Below, one piece after another: positions 36,814 to 45,421 of a stretch of DNA of 64,000 bases. The number at the start of each line of letters is the position of its first letter. Within the stretch, counting starts at the first letter, position 1. The notes beneath the pieces are model-generated. The model had not been told where the DNA came from and ran no database searches. It was given only the letters and a program-made list of their open reading frames with translations. The stretch is from an uncultured Bacteriovoracaceae bacterium. Lineage in GTDB: Bacteria > Bdellovibrionota > Bacteriovoracia > Bacteriovoracales > Bacteriovoracaceae. The stretch is taken from positions 109,409-173,408 of the forward strand of contig OY968777.1 in assembly GCA_963695255.1 (NCBI GenBank), in the 5' to 3' direction. The translations under genes were made by a program, and so were the position numbers.

Positions 36814-37529
36814 TTTTTCCTGATTTGTTTACAACCAAATAGTCTTGTCTCGCTATCTTCGACATATGCGCAACAGAATAAAAACAATTGAATTTTCGAA
36901 GCGATAAGCTTGCCACGGGCGGAAGGACTTTATTACTCTCATCGCCGAAGACACATACATACCTTTCGAGTTCATTTTTAACCTGAGGAATATATGGAGT
37001 GCTGAGTCTATTTTTTAGCTCTCAATAATCGTCACAGCTTTTCTGTTTAATGTCTTTAATTCTTAAACTTTAAATAAAAGGAATCAGTTGGCTTTTGATA
37101 ATGCTTCAGTCGTATTGAAGTGAGCATTTCCTCGTCGTCCGCTTTTTTACCCAACAACTCGCCAACCCTTGACGCGATATCGCACTAAGCGCCGATGCCT
37201 CACGACCCCACTTTATCTTTTCAGCCCGATATTAGTATTCACTTGGTTTGACATCAGCATCTTTTTTTCAGCTAAAAACTTCGCTTCTCCTAGTTCCTGT
37301 GGAGTCCATCAATCGAATTCGCCACTTTCCATTTGGTAATTCGCTTGGTCCGGCATACTACTTTTAGGACCATGTCTGCAAGAGAATCCCCTCATTTTTT
37401 GGGTAGTGAAAGAATGGGAAATATTCAAAATAGTTAGACAGAAAATGGCTACGATTGAATTTTTATTCCAAATAACCGTTATTTGAACCGCATCATATTT
37501 TTTAGTTTGTTAATTCTCAGATATTTTTT

Positions 37530-37606
<77 letters not shown>

Positions 37607-37621
37607 TCAGAGTTGAGCCAA

Positions 37622-37651
37622 TTTGTAACCCGTGAGAACTACTCCTGTCAA
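37622..37651 (-). promoter_or_regulatory. Sigma70-type promoter candidate for tRNA-fMet
   Basis: Minus strand has a perfect TTGACA (37651-37646), an 18-nt spacer, then TACAAA (37627-37622). The -10 element ends 15 nt upstream of the mature tRNA 5' end. Confidence 0.5.
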
Positions 37652-37770
37652 ATATCTGAGGTGAGCTTAGATCCATCCTTGCCTCTTTGTGACTAATTTC
37701 TAAAGACGATTTTTCTTTTAGCCGAATGAGTGAAAAGTGATCAATACGAGAAAAATACGAGGAAGCCTTG

Positions 37771-38091
37771 ATGAATTTCTTTAAACAAAACAAACAAATC
37801 CTGACTATTAAACTCGATATTTCAAATCTTAATCCTCAGCAGATTCGTCTCATCAAAAATATAAACTCTTTGCTCGTTTTTCTCTCAGAAGCTGAAGAGG
37901 AAGCAGAGTTTTTTGAAGCAAGCTCAGACCTTGTGAAACGGGTCGCAAATCTCATTCAGCAATCTAGTTTTGCCGAGTCTCAGAAATCACAACCCGCTCA
38001 AATTAATTACGCCGATCAGGCGATCGAGTTTTCTGTTGACACCCTTTTAGAGGAATTGAAGACTCAAAAGCTTTCCTACTACGACCACTAG
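37771..38091 (+). CDS. Hypothetical protein (about 106 aa)
   Basis: ATG preceded by aggaag. The sequence is non-repetitive and protein-like. Its last 89 nt overlap the 3' end of rluB convergently, which lowers confidence in one of the two ends. Confidence 0.4.
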   Translation: MNFFKQNKQILTIKLDISNLNPQQIRLIKNINSLLVFLSEAEEEAEFFEASSDLVKRVANLIQQSSFAESQKSQPAQINYADQAIEFSVDTLLEELKTQKLSYYDH

Positions 38092-39088
38092 AACTCGGTC
38101 GTTCTGCCTTTTTTTCTAGCTTTTTTTCTGGCCTTGGAGTCTCACTCGCTCTCGTCTTCTCTAAAACTTCAGGTTTATCACCCTCGCTTTCTTTTTCTTT
38201 TTCACTGCCAATCTGCAATGTCGCGTAATAGTTTTCTTTTCGGTAGGCCCGGTATTTCGGGTGGGATGCAGTCTCAGAGGTTTTTCTTCTTTTGGAAGGT
38301 GAAATACTCTTTTTAGGCGATTCAAATACCCTTCCCGCTGTTTTCACTTGGTAAATCACATCCCCCTTAGAGGTCATTCCTAAGGCGGCCAAAATTTGTT
38401 TTTTGGTCAAAAAATCAAACTTTCCCGGGGCCAAATTTCCAATATTGAGCTCTCCAATTGCCATTCGCCTGAGTTTATCGATTGTTAAACCCAGCTCTTC
38501 GCAAAGCCTCCTGATCTCTCTGTTTTTTCCTTCCTTCAACTTTATTTCAAGCCAGGTTTTATGAGGGAGAAACTTCAAGATTCGTACCGAGCTTGGCTCC
38601 AAGTAACCCACGGGAGAGTGAATTCCTCGCCTTAGTCTTTTGAGCAGCTCAGAATCCACATGACCAAAGACTTTAACCTCATAGGTCTTCTCAATCTCAT
38701 ACTTGGGGTGAAGAATTTTTTGTGTGAACTCTCCGTCATTTGTAAACAGAAGAAGCCCCTCAGAAAGATAGTCCAATCGCCCTACGGGATAGAGACGCGC
38801 TCCTAGCTTAGGAAGATACTCCATGACAGTGGGGCGCCCCTCTGGGTCGGAAACAGTCGTTACGCAGCCGCGCGGTTTATGAAAAAGAATGTAGAGGTGC
38901 TGAGTCGCCCGCGGGTCGACAAGCTTTCCTTGGACCGCAATGACATCTTCTTCGATATCAACTTTGGTACCGAGAGTTTTTACAATTTGATTATTAACTC
39001 GAACAAGACCTGCAGTAATCAGCGTTTCCGCTTTTCTACGAGAAGTGACCCCCGCATCTGCGATGGCCTTTTGAAGACGCACTAACAT
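38003..39088 (-). CDS. rluB: 23S rRNA pseudouridine synthase RluB-type (S4 domain, RsuA/RluB catalytic domain, basic tail)
   Basis: N-terminal S4 domain LQKAIADAGVTSRRKAETLI. Catalytic GRLDYLSEGLLLFTNDG. Lys/Arg/Glu-rich C-terminal tail. Confidence 0.85.
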   Translation of the reverse strand: MLVRLQKAIADAGVTSRRKAETLITAGLVRVNNQIVKTLGTKVDIEEDVIAVQGKLVDPRATQHLYILFHKPRGCVTTVSDPEGRPTVMEYLPKLGARLYPVGRLDYLSEGLLLFTNDGEFTQKILHPKYEIEKTYEVKVFGHVDSELLKRLRRGIHSPVGYLEPSSVRILKFLPHKTWLEIKLKEGKNREIRRLCEELGLTIDKLRRMAIGELNIGNLAPGKFDFLTKKQILAALGMTSKGDVIYQVKTAGRVFESPKKSISPSKRRKTSETASHPKYRAYRKENYYATLQIGSEKEKESEGDKPEVLEKTRASETPRPEKKLEKKAERPSSSGRSRKAFESSIPLKGCQQKTRSPDRRN

Positions 39089-39133
39089 AAAACACTCCTT
39101 TCTACCTCGCGGCAGTATGGATGTGGGTATAGC

Positions 39134-40129
39134 CTATTCGAATTCGGGATTCAAGCTGGACTGAATTTTATCTAGAGCTTCCGTCATTGCGGGATTGGGA
39201 AGAATCTCATCATCGAGCGAAAACCCATCAGCATCAGAAAATGCTAAGAAATCTGCTCTTTTAAGAGGACAAACAGAGGCCGCAAGATTCTGCTCGGCCA
39301 CATCTTTTTGCACAATATGTTGTTCTAGGAGATCAAAGGCCGAAATACGTTCACCATCTTCACTTCCTTTCCCGGATCCGGATCCGGCCCCCAGCCTCAG
39401 CTCCTTGGTGAAATTGGTATCTGCTCCAATCGCTTTAATGTCCGCAGATAACTCATCAATCTCGTCAAGTTCATCAAAGTGAAAATCTTTTCCATCACTC
39501 TGCTCTGTGATCTCTTTAATATCAGTGGTTGCAAGAGAGCTCGCGACGGCCAACTCTTCAAGCTCATGCATGGCCGGAAGATCTTCTAAGGACTTTAGAT
39601 TAAAAATCTCGAGGAATTCTGAAGTCGTCCCGTAGAGAGAGGAGCGTCCCATCTCTTCCGAGCGGCCAATAACTCTCACAAGGCGTTTATCCATTAGCCC
39701 GCGAATATAATGAGAACTATCAACGCCTCGAACTTCCTCAATATCTATCTTAGAAACAGGCTGGCGATAGGCAATCATCGCCAAAACTTCCAAGGCCGTT
39801 TCATTGAGTTGTAGGGTTTTGATTTTATAGAATGATTGCACAAATCCACTGAAGCTTGGCTTGGTGCGAAACTGAAAACCGAGAGCAACTTCTTGCAACC
39901 TTAGCCCATGGTGCTTTTGTTCGTATTCGGCCTGGAGACGCTCGATTGATTCCTGTAGAAGGGTTAAAGGAATATCATTGTCGATATGAGACTTGATAGT
40001 TTCAACCGAAATGGGTCGCTCGCTCATAAAGATGAGCGTTTCGATAGCGCCACAAAGCGTCTCGTCATTAAGTCCAGTGCGTGCTTTCCAAGATTCTTCT
40101 ATATCTGGAGTGTCTTCATGCTCACTCAA
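39134..40129 (-). CDS. scpB: Segregation and condensation protein B with a long acidic C-terminal extension
   Basis: AIETLIFMSERPISV and ALEVLAMIAYRQPVSKIDIEEVRGVDSSHYIRGLMDKRLV are ScpB winged-helix blocks. About 130 extra acidic residues follow. ATGA-type overlap with scpA. Confidence 0.85.
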   Translation of the reverse strand: MSEHEDTPDIEESWKARTGLNDETLCGAIETLIFMSERPISVETIKSHIDNDIPLTLLQESIERLQAEYEQKHHGLRLQEVALGFQFRTKPSFSGFVQSFYKIKTLQLNETALEVLAMIAYRQPVSKIDIEEVRGVDSSHYIRGLMDKRLVRVIGRSEEMGRSSLYGTTSEFLEIFNLKSLEDLPAMHELEELAVASSLATTDIKEITEQSDGKDFHFDELDEIDELSADIKAIGADTNFTKELRLGAGSGSGKGSEDGERISAFDLLEQHIVQKDVAEQNLAASVCPLKRADFLAFSDADGFSLDDEILPNPAMTEALDKIQSSLNPEFE

Positions 40130-40980
40130 ACTGTTGCCCCTAGGTCTTCTGTTTCATCCTGGTCAAAACCATCAGCGTTGTCCACGTCAAAATCGGCCAA
40201 AGACTGAAGAACTTCGATATAAATTTCGGCTAAGGCCTTGTTTTGAAAGAGTCTCACTCTTTGGAGCCGTCCTAACTCCAATAAAGAGATAAAGGTCATC
40301 ACCTTGCTCAGTCGCTCAAGCTTTGGATCAAGGGTGGGGTCAATGGGAATTTGCTTCAACAGCTCATCAAACTGCACCCGCTGTCCCTCGGTCAGTAATT
40401 CTTTGAGTTCTAAAAGCTTTTGGCGAATTGAGACCCGGTCTTTTTGGATCACAGTTGTTTTGCGAAGTGAGCGCTTGAGGGATTCCAACATCGCCTTGGC
40501 CAGCAGATCAGAATCCATTGTGGGTAAGAAATAATCCGTAATTTCCTTTCTGCGAATCTTTGGCCGCGTAAAAACGTGATCGCCTTTCCTCGGAAGCTCC
40601 CATAAACATTTTCCCAAATGCTGAAGCTTTTCTAAAAGTAAAAGCCGCTCGATTAGCTCTTCTCGCTTCGTAAAAAGCATTTTTTCAGGCGCGCCGTTTT
40701 GATGCTCATCTGCTAATTCTTTCAACTCGGCAGTCAGCTCATTTTCCACCAAGCAAGAATTCGATTTTATATAGAGCAGAGAAGCGGCCAAATAGAGATA
40801 TTCGCCAGCAATATCAAAATTCAGTGCGCGCATTTTTTGCAAATAAGAAAGGTATTGCTGGGTGATTTCGTTAATATCAATTTCCGAAATTTTGAGGTCT
40901 TGCTTTTGGATTAAGTGAAGAAGAAGAGCAAGAGGTCCATCAAATTGGTCGAGCTGAACCTGAATTTCCTGTGCGTCCAT
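40126..40980 (-). CDS. scpA: Segregation and condensation protein A
   Basis: FDGPLALLLHLIQKQDLKISEIDINEITQQYLSYL is the canonical ScpA N-terminus. Sits directly upstream of scpB. Confidence 0.9.
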   Translation of the reverse strand: MDAQEIQVQLDQFDGPLALLLHLIQKQDLKISEIDINEITQQYLSYLQKMRALNFDIAGEYLYLAASLLYIKSNSCLVENELTAELKELADEHQNGAPEKMLFTKREELIERLLLLEKLQHLGKCLWELPRKGDHVFTRPKIRRKEITDYFLPTMDSDLLAKAMLESLKRSLRKTTVIQKDRVSIRQKLLELKELLTEGQRVQFDELLKQIPIDPTLDPKLERLSKVMTFISLLELGRLQRVRLFQNKALAEIYIEVLQSLADFDVDNADGFDQDETEDLGATV

Positions 40981-41006
40981 TGGGAAAGCATAGCAAACGA
41001 GTTTGA

Positions 41007-41678
41007 CTAAGCAAAAAGAGAAAGGAAAAAATTAACGATGCCTGAGGCCAGGGCGAATGCCGGCGCCAGAATATAGCCTAAAGTTGAAATTCCCAAATAA
41101 GACAATGCGATTACAGCGATAAAAATCACAGGCGTAAACTTCTCGAGAGACTCGTAGCTTCTCGTTGCTTGAGGAGAAAGAAATGAGCTTATCATTCGAG
41201 AACCATCAAGCGGGGGGAGAGGAATGAGGTTAAAAAATCCCAGCAAGAAATTAATAAAAATTCCATATTCCAACATTTGCAGGGCCATAATCGCAAAATC
41301 ACTCTGAGCACCACTTGTTTGAATCATGGCAAAAACCATCGCAAAAATAGTCCCAATTAGGATATTAGAAAGCGGTCCCGCAAAGCTGACCCAAAATAGC
41401 CCCCAGCGATAATTTGTGAACTGGCGAGAATCGATCGGTACAGGTTTGGCCCAACCAATCACTGGAAAATGGGTCACAACGCCAATAATAGGGATTAAAA
41501 GTGTTCCGATGGGATGGTAATGAACCGCCGGATTGAGGGTCATGCGCCCCTGAAGATAGGCCGTTTTATCGCCAAATTGGTACGCCATCCAGGCATGAGC
41601 AGCTTCATGAAAGACAATCGCCACTAAAAGGCCTGGAAAAGATTTGGCTATCTCAAAAAATATGGCCGATAAGTCCAT
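41007..41678 (-). CDS. Site-2 protease family (peptidase M50) membrane metalloprotease
   Basis: HEAAHAWMA (HExxH) in a TM segment and NLIPLPPLDGSRM (NxxPxxxLDG). Confidence 0.85.
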   Translation of the reverse strand: MDLSAIFFEIAKSFPGLLVAIVFHEAAHAWMAYQFGDKTAYLQGRMTLNPAVHYHPIGTLLIPIIGVVTHFPVIGWAKPVPIDSRQFTNYRWGLFWVSFAGPLSNILIGTIFAMVFAMIQTSGAQSDFAIMALQMLEYGIFINFLLGFFNLIPLPPLDGSRMISSFLSPQATRSYESLEKFTPVIFIAVIALSYLGISTLGYILAPAFALASGIVNFFLSLFA

Positions 41679-41777
41679 GATGGAAAAGAATTATGCGACG
41701 ACCTGTGCATTGTCGAGGTTTTTTACGGAGCACTCTCAAAGTTGTCATCTCCTCGGAACACCAGGATAATTTTTGAG

Positions 41778-42710
41778 ATGACTCATTATCTTAACTTACT
41801 AGGATTTCTTTTTTTCCTGAATATTGCCGCATGCTCCATTTTTGCCCAGAGCTTAGGGACTCAAGAAGTCTTCACGGCCCTTCTTCCTGAGGGAGCAATT
41901 ATTTGGGAAGTTGGGAGTAATACTCCGGTCAAAATTCCAAGAGCAATCCTGGTAGAGGTTTATCCAGAGGCCGACGCCCGAGGATTTCAATATCTCAAAA
42001 CTAAGGACAAAAATAAAAAATACCGGGCACGCCTGACTGATCTTGTTCATATCGACCAGGTCTCAGATCTCAAGGAAAGACCTGAGCTCTACCAAGAGTA
42101 CAGACCTTTGGCATCTCATCGCTCTGATTTATGGGAAAAGCTCTATGGTTCTGTGCAAATTCAGCTTCACACTCAAAATTATGGCGGGGAAATTATCCAG
42201 TCTTTTAATTCCGCTTATTCTGAGGCGAGCGGACAAGGATTGCGATTCAGTGGGCTACATTATTTTGGTTGGGGACAGGCCTTCATGGCGGGTGTAAATT
42301 TTAATTACGAACAGGCCAGTTATGAACAAGCAGGTCAAAAACTTTTGGATTATAAATCCTTTTCTTTGGGCCCAAGCTTTGACTACCGTTTTTTTGCACC
42401 GGAAGACATCAATTTTCATCTCGCGCTTCATGGCCAATTTGCTTTTTTTTCCCGGTATGATCCTCTTGAGACTTTGGTGGCCAGCGAAGAGGACCAAAAC
42501 AATCAAACCGGCTCTGTAAGAACGGCCCTAGAAATGAGCTTTGCAGTCCACTTTCCCTGGAGAACCGATGAGACAATTTTAGGAATGAACATCAGGCGCC
42601 AGTGGCCTGGTCTCACTGACCTCTCCAGCTATGGAGAACCTTTCAGGCCAGAAGACACAATTGGAATTTTTGTAGCACACAGATTTGGGGAGGTTTGGTC
42701 TGTTCATTAA
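41778..42710 (+). CDS. Secreted/outer-membrane hypothetical protein
   Basis: Signal-peptide-like MTHYLNLLGFLFFLNIAACSIFAQS. Aromatic-rich alternating stretches (SLGPSFDYRFF, FHLALHGQFAFF) and a C-terminal aromatic residue region. The track start at 41742 (TTG) is possible. Confidence 0.55.
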   Translation: MTHYLNLLGFLFFLNIAACSIFAQSLGTQEVFTALLPEGAIIWEVGSNTPVKIPRAILVEVYPEADARGFQYLKTKDKNKKYRARLTDLVHIDQVSDLKERPELYQEYRPLASHRSDLWEKLYGSVQIQLHTQNYGGEIIQSFNSAYSEASGQGLRFSGLHYFGWGQAFMAGVNFNYEQASYEQAGQKLLDYKSFSLGPSFDYRFFAPEDINFHLALHGQFAFFSRYDPLETLVASEEDQNNQTGSVRTALEMSFAVHFPWRTDETILGMNIRRQWPGLTDLSSYGEPFRPEDTIGIFVAHRFGEVWSVH

Positions 42711-42711
42711 G

Positions 42712-43821
42712 ATGGCCTTGCTCTCTGGCCTACTCCTATCATTTCATTCCCGAGGCGAGGCCCTCGAAGGAGTCGTCACTGTTTTAGAAACGGCACTCTT
42801 TAGCGGTCGAGATTTAGGCCAACCTATTGATGATCGCCCAGTCGTAGAAAGAAAAAGAAGAGGCGAGAAAGTGACCCTTCATCCTTTCTACTTGCGAGAG
42901 GAACAATTTCGCGAACAACAGACCAGGGACTTTTCGTTTGAAGAATATGAACGCCGCTATCCAGATCAATTTTTAGCAGTCGATGAAAAGATTTATGCTG
43001 AAGAATTACTCGATCCTCAATATTATGTCGTTCTCGATAGTCGCGGTCGCAAGGCCTTTATAAAACGCTCCCATATTTATGTGTACTTCAAAACTCCGCG
43101 AGAGTTTGATCAAACTGTTCACAATCTAAAAACTGATCCCACCGACTACCGCTTACCAGAACCTCTACGTCCAGAGACCTACCCATTTGTAGCGCTCGAA
43201 AAAAAGCAAACCTATATGGGACATCTTCTTCTTGGCGCCGGGACAAGCTCTACGAAATCTTATCCATACGAATTAAGCGGTGTAGACGAACAAAGAAAAG
43301 CAAAGTTTCATGGACAACTCGCTTGGCACAAGGCACCCGCCTGGAGCAAAGAAGGGAATTTTTTATGGGGTGCCGCTGTGGCCTTTGAATCCTGGAATCA
43401 AGAATACCGCTTTGAGGGGACCGATCGTTTTGCCAGAGAGTCTTGGCTTGAACTCTCAATCGGCCCGTCGTTTTATTACAATCCTATTTTAGAAAATCGC
43501 TACCGCCTGGGGATTCTCACCCAGTTCTACTTGCCGCTTATTATGCAAAATGAAATATCTCAAACAGATAGTAGCGGGTTAGGCGATGTCCGAAAATTTA
43601 AAACCTGGGCGCCTTCGGCCCATCTCGGTGTTTTATTTGAGATCAAAGAAGCTATAGGGATTCTAGATTTTGCTATAGGGCCATCAATTAAAGTGAGACT
43701 TCCATCCCAGGTGAACAGTGATGAAAGTGCAGTTGTTCCCAGCTTTTGGAATGACCAACCCTACGAACAAAGCCTGAGTGTTGAAATCAGTTTTTTGGCC
43801 GGCCTGCAGGCAAGAATGTAG
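42712..43821 (+). CDS. Secreted/outer-membrane hypothetical protein, distant paralog of the preceding gene
   Basis: Signal peptide MALLSGLLLSFHSRGEA. Shares the S-[LI]-GPSF-Y motif with the upstream product. The ATG lies 1 nt after the upstream stop. Confidence 0.55.
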   Translation: MALLSGLLLSFHSRGEALEGVVTVLETALFSGRDLGQPIDDRPVVERKRRGEKVTLHPFYLREEQFREQQTRDFSFEEYERRYPDQFLAVDEKIYAEELLDPQYYVVLDSRGRKAFIKRSHIYVYFKTPREFDQTVHNLKTDPTDYRLPEPLRPETYPFVALEKKQTYMGHLLLGAGTSSTKSYPYELSGVDEQRKAKFHGQLAWHKAPAWSKEGNFLWGAAVAFESWNQEYRFEGTDRFARESWLELSIGPSFYYNPILENRYRLGILTQFYLPLIMQNEISQTDSSGLGDVRKFKTWAPSAHLGVLFEIKEAIGILDFAIGPSIKVRLPSQVNSDESAVVPSFWNDQPYEQSLSVEISFLAGLQARM

Positions 43822-43909
43822 CGCTGATTTTTTGAGAGCGATTTTTTTTTAGACTTTTTTTTCACCCTCCGAAAGGCCTTATATCGCGACACTTACCACG
43901 GAGGGTTCT

Positions 43910-44134
43910 ATGTCGATCAATAAAGCCGCAGATTTTTCTATGCAAGACGTCTTATTTCAAAAGCTCGCCAATCAGTGGTTTGCTATCACTGAGAAAGATG
44001 GAGAGGTTTTATTCTCAACACTTCCCAAAGGCCTAGACCCTAAGACTGACTTAATAGCCATCTATAAAGTTTTAGAAGAACGAGAAATTATGAAGCCTTT
44101 TGAAATCAACCCTAAGCTTGAACAGGCCATTTAA
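43910..44134 (+). CDS. Hypothetical small protein (74 aa)
   Basis: ATG preceded by a strong SD (ggaggg, 6 nt upstream). No recognisable domain. Confidence 0.5.
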   Translation: MSINKAADFSMQDVLFQKLANQWFAITEKDGEVLFSTLPKGLDPKTDLIAIYKVLEEREIMKPFEINPKLEQAI

Positions 44135-44136
44135 TT

Positions 44137-44316
44137 TTGGCCGCCCCAAAATATAAAGAAGGCCCAGTCAAAAACCGACCGGGACAGTCTGCTAATGCAC
44201 ATGCGACTGATAAGCAAAGAATAAAAGAGTTGGTTGCCTTTCTAGAAGAGGCCGCCAAAGAACCTGAACGCGCAAAAAAAATGGCAAAGATTCTAGAAAA
44301 TTTTCTTAAAAAATAA
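44137..44316 (+). CDS. Possible small helical protein (59 aa), TTG start
   Basis: The translation LAAPKYKEGPVKNRPGQSANAHATDKQRIKELVAFLEEAAKEPERAKKMAKILENFLKK looks more protein-like than the 108-aa Phe-rich ORF on the opposite strand. There is no ATG and no clear SD. Confidence 0.25.
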   Translation: MAAPKYKEGPVKNRPGQSANAHATDKQRIKELVAFLEEAAKEPERAKKMAKILENFLKK

Positions 44317-44529
44317 TCATAACCAACCAAACCAATCAGACATAAGAAAAAAAATTTCGCAAAGGGGAAAATTTTTCTCATGTCTTTGGAAAATACTCCG
44401 AACAGTTTCATAGGTTTTTCAACAAAACCCTTGAGCATGGAGTTGCTTGCGAATTTTTGACCAAGAGGAACTTGGAATCAAATTTTCGATTTTCAGTGGA
44501 TGAGCTGGGTGCAACTCTTTGGAGGGGTT

Positions 44530-45363
44530 ATGGGATTTCGGATTAACACAAATGTTGCGTCTTTGTCTGCGCAACGCTCGGTTGGCAAAGTCAATCAAGA
44601 ACTTGGGGACAATTACAACAAATTGAGTTCGGGTACACGGATCACTAAGGCCGCCGACGATGCAGCGGGTTTGGCCATTAGTGAAAAGCTAAAAGCAAAC
44701 ATCCGCTCATCTCGTCAAGCAGAACGAAATGCTAACGACGGTATTAGCATGATTCAGGTTGCTGAAGGTGGACTCAATGAAACTCAAAGTATCTTAACTC
44801 GCCTACGCGAACTTAGTATCCAAGCGGCATCAGATACGATTGGAGATACTGAGCGCGAGTTTACGAACCTTGAATACCAAGCACTTCTTCAAGAAGTTCA
44901 GCGGATTTCAGAAGTGACTCAGTTTAATGGAACTAGCTTGTTAAATGGTGAAGGTGATAAACTTGATTTTCAAATTGGTATCTACAATGATGATTTTCAA
45001 GACCGAATCACTTATGATGCCGGACAAATTGACGCCACTGTGGACAGTCTTGGAGTTGATGGACTTGCAGTAGACTCAAAAGAGGGTGCTCAATCAAGCT
45101 TGGAAAATTTAGATAGCGCGATTTCTAAATTAAGTGGGCAGAGAGCAACTCTTGGCGCTCTGCAAAACAGACTAAACTCGACGACCAATAACTTGCAGAT
45201 TAGCCAAGAAAACCTAAGTGCTGCCAACAGCCGGATAAGAGATGTCGACTACGCTGCAGCAACTGCAGAAGGTGCAAAATTGGGGATTCTCCAATCTGCC
45301 GGAACATCTGTTCTTTCTCAGGCAAACCTCAGCGGGCAAAATGCTCTACGACTTCTCGGCTAA
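44530..45363 (+). CDS. fliC: Flagellin (short, 277 aa)
   Basis: MGFRINTNVASLSAQRSV...LSSGTRITKAADDAAGLAISEKL N-terminal domain and ...LSAANSRIRDVDYAAATAEGAKLGILQSAGTSVLSQAN C-terminal domain. ATG at 44530 preceded by ggagggg. The track start at 44500 is unlikely. Confidence 0.95.
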   Translation: MGFRINTNVASLSAQRSVGKVNQELGDNYNKLSSGTRITKAADDAAGLAISEKLKANIRSSRQAERNANDGISMIQVAEGGLNETQSILTRLRELSIQAASDTIGDTEREFTNLEYQALLQEVQRISEVTQFNGTSLLNGEGDKLDFQIGIYNDDFQDRITYDAGQIDATVDSLGVDGLAVDSKEGAQSSLENLDSAISKLSGQRATLGALQNRLNSTTNNLQISQENLSAANSRIRDVDYAAATAEGAKLGILQSAGTSVLSQANLSGQNALRLLG

Positions 45364-45386
45364 TTATTATCTTTGAAACTTTTACT

Positions 45387-45421
45387 GGGACCTCTTCGTT
45401 TATAGGAGGGGGTCTCTTTTA
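45387..45421 (+). terminator. Rho-independent terminator of fliC
   Basis: gggacctcttc / gagggggtctc forms 11 bp (3 G-U) around an 8-nt loop, followed by TTTT. It begins 24 nt after the fliC stop. Confidence 0.7.

Noticed and set aside
36814-37529. Tyrosine-recombinase pseudogene next to the tRNA
   Set aside because: Hand translation gave only short, stop-interrupted fragments with vague resemblance. I found no R..HxxR..Y box. I mention it as a hypothesis in a finding but do not annotate it.
43822-43870. Terminator after the second secreted-protein gene (T-rich region gattttttgagagcgattttttttt)
   Set aside because: Only a 4-bp stem (cgct/agcg) can be drawn, so the hairpin is too weak despite the T-runs.
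44112-44438. 108-aa minus-strand ORF upstream of fliC
   Set aside because: The composition is Phe/Leu-rich and low in complexity, typical of the antisense shadow of a Lys/Glu-rich plus-strand frame. It would also run into the fliC upstream region with no SD.
44473-44488. Sigma54-like element (tggaatcaaattttcg) and searches for a sigma28 TAAA-N15-GCCGATAA promoter upstream of fliC
   Set aside because: The GG doublet is present, but the -12 position reads TC rather than GC. No acceptable sigma28 match was found by eye. This is not strong enough to call.
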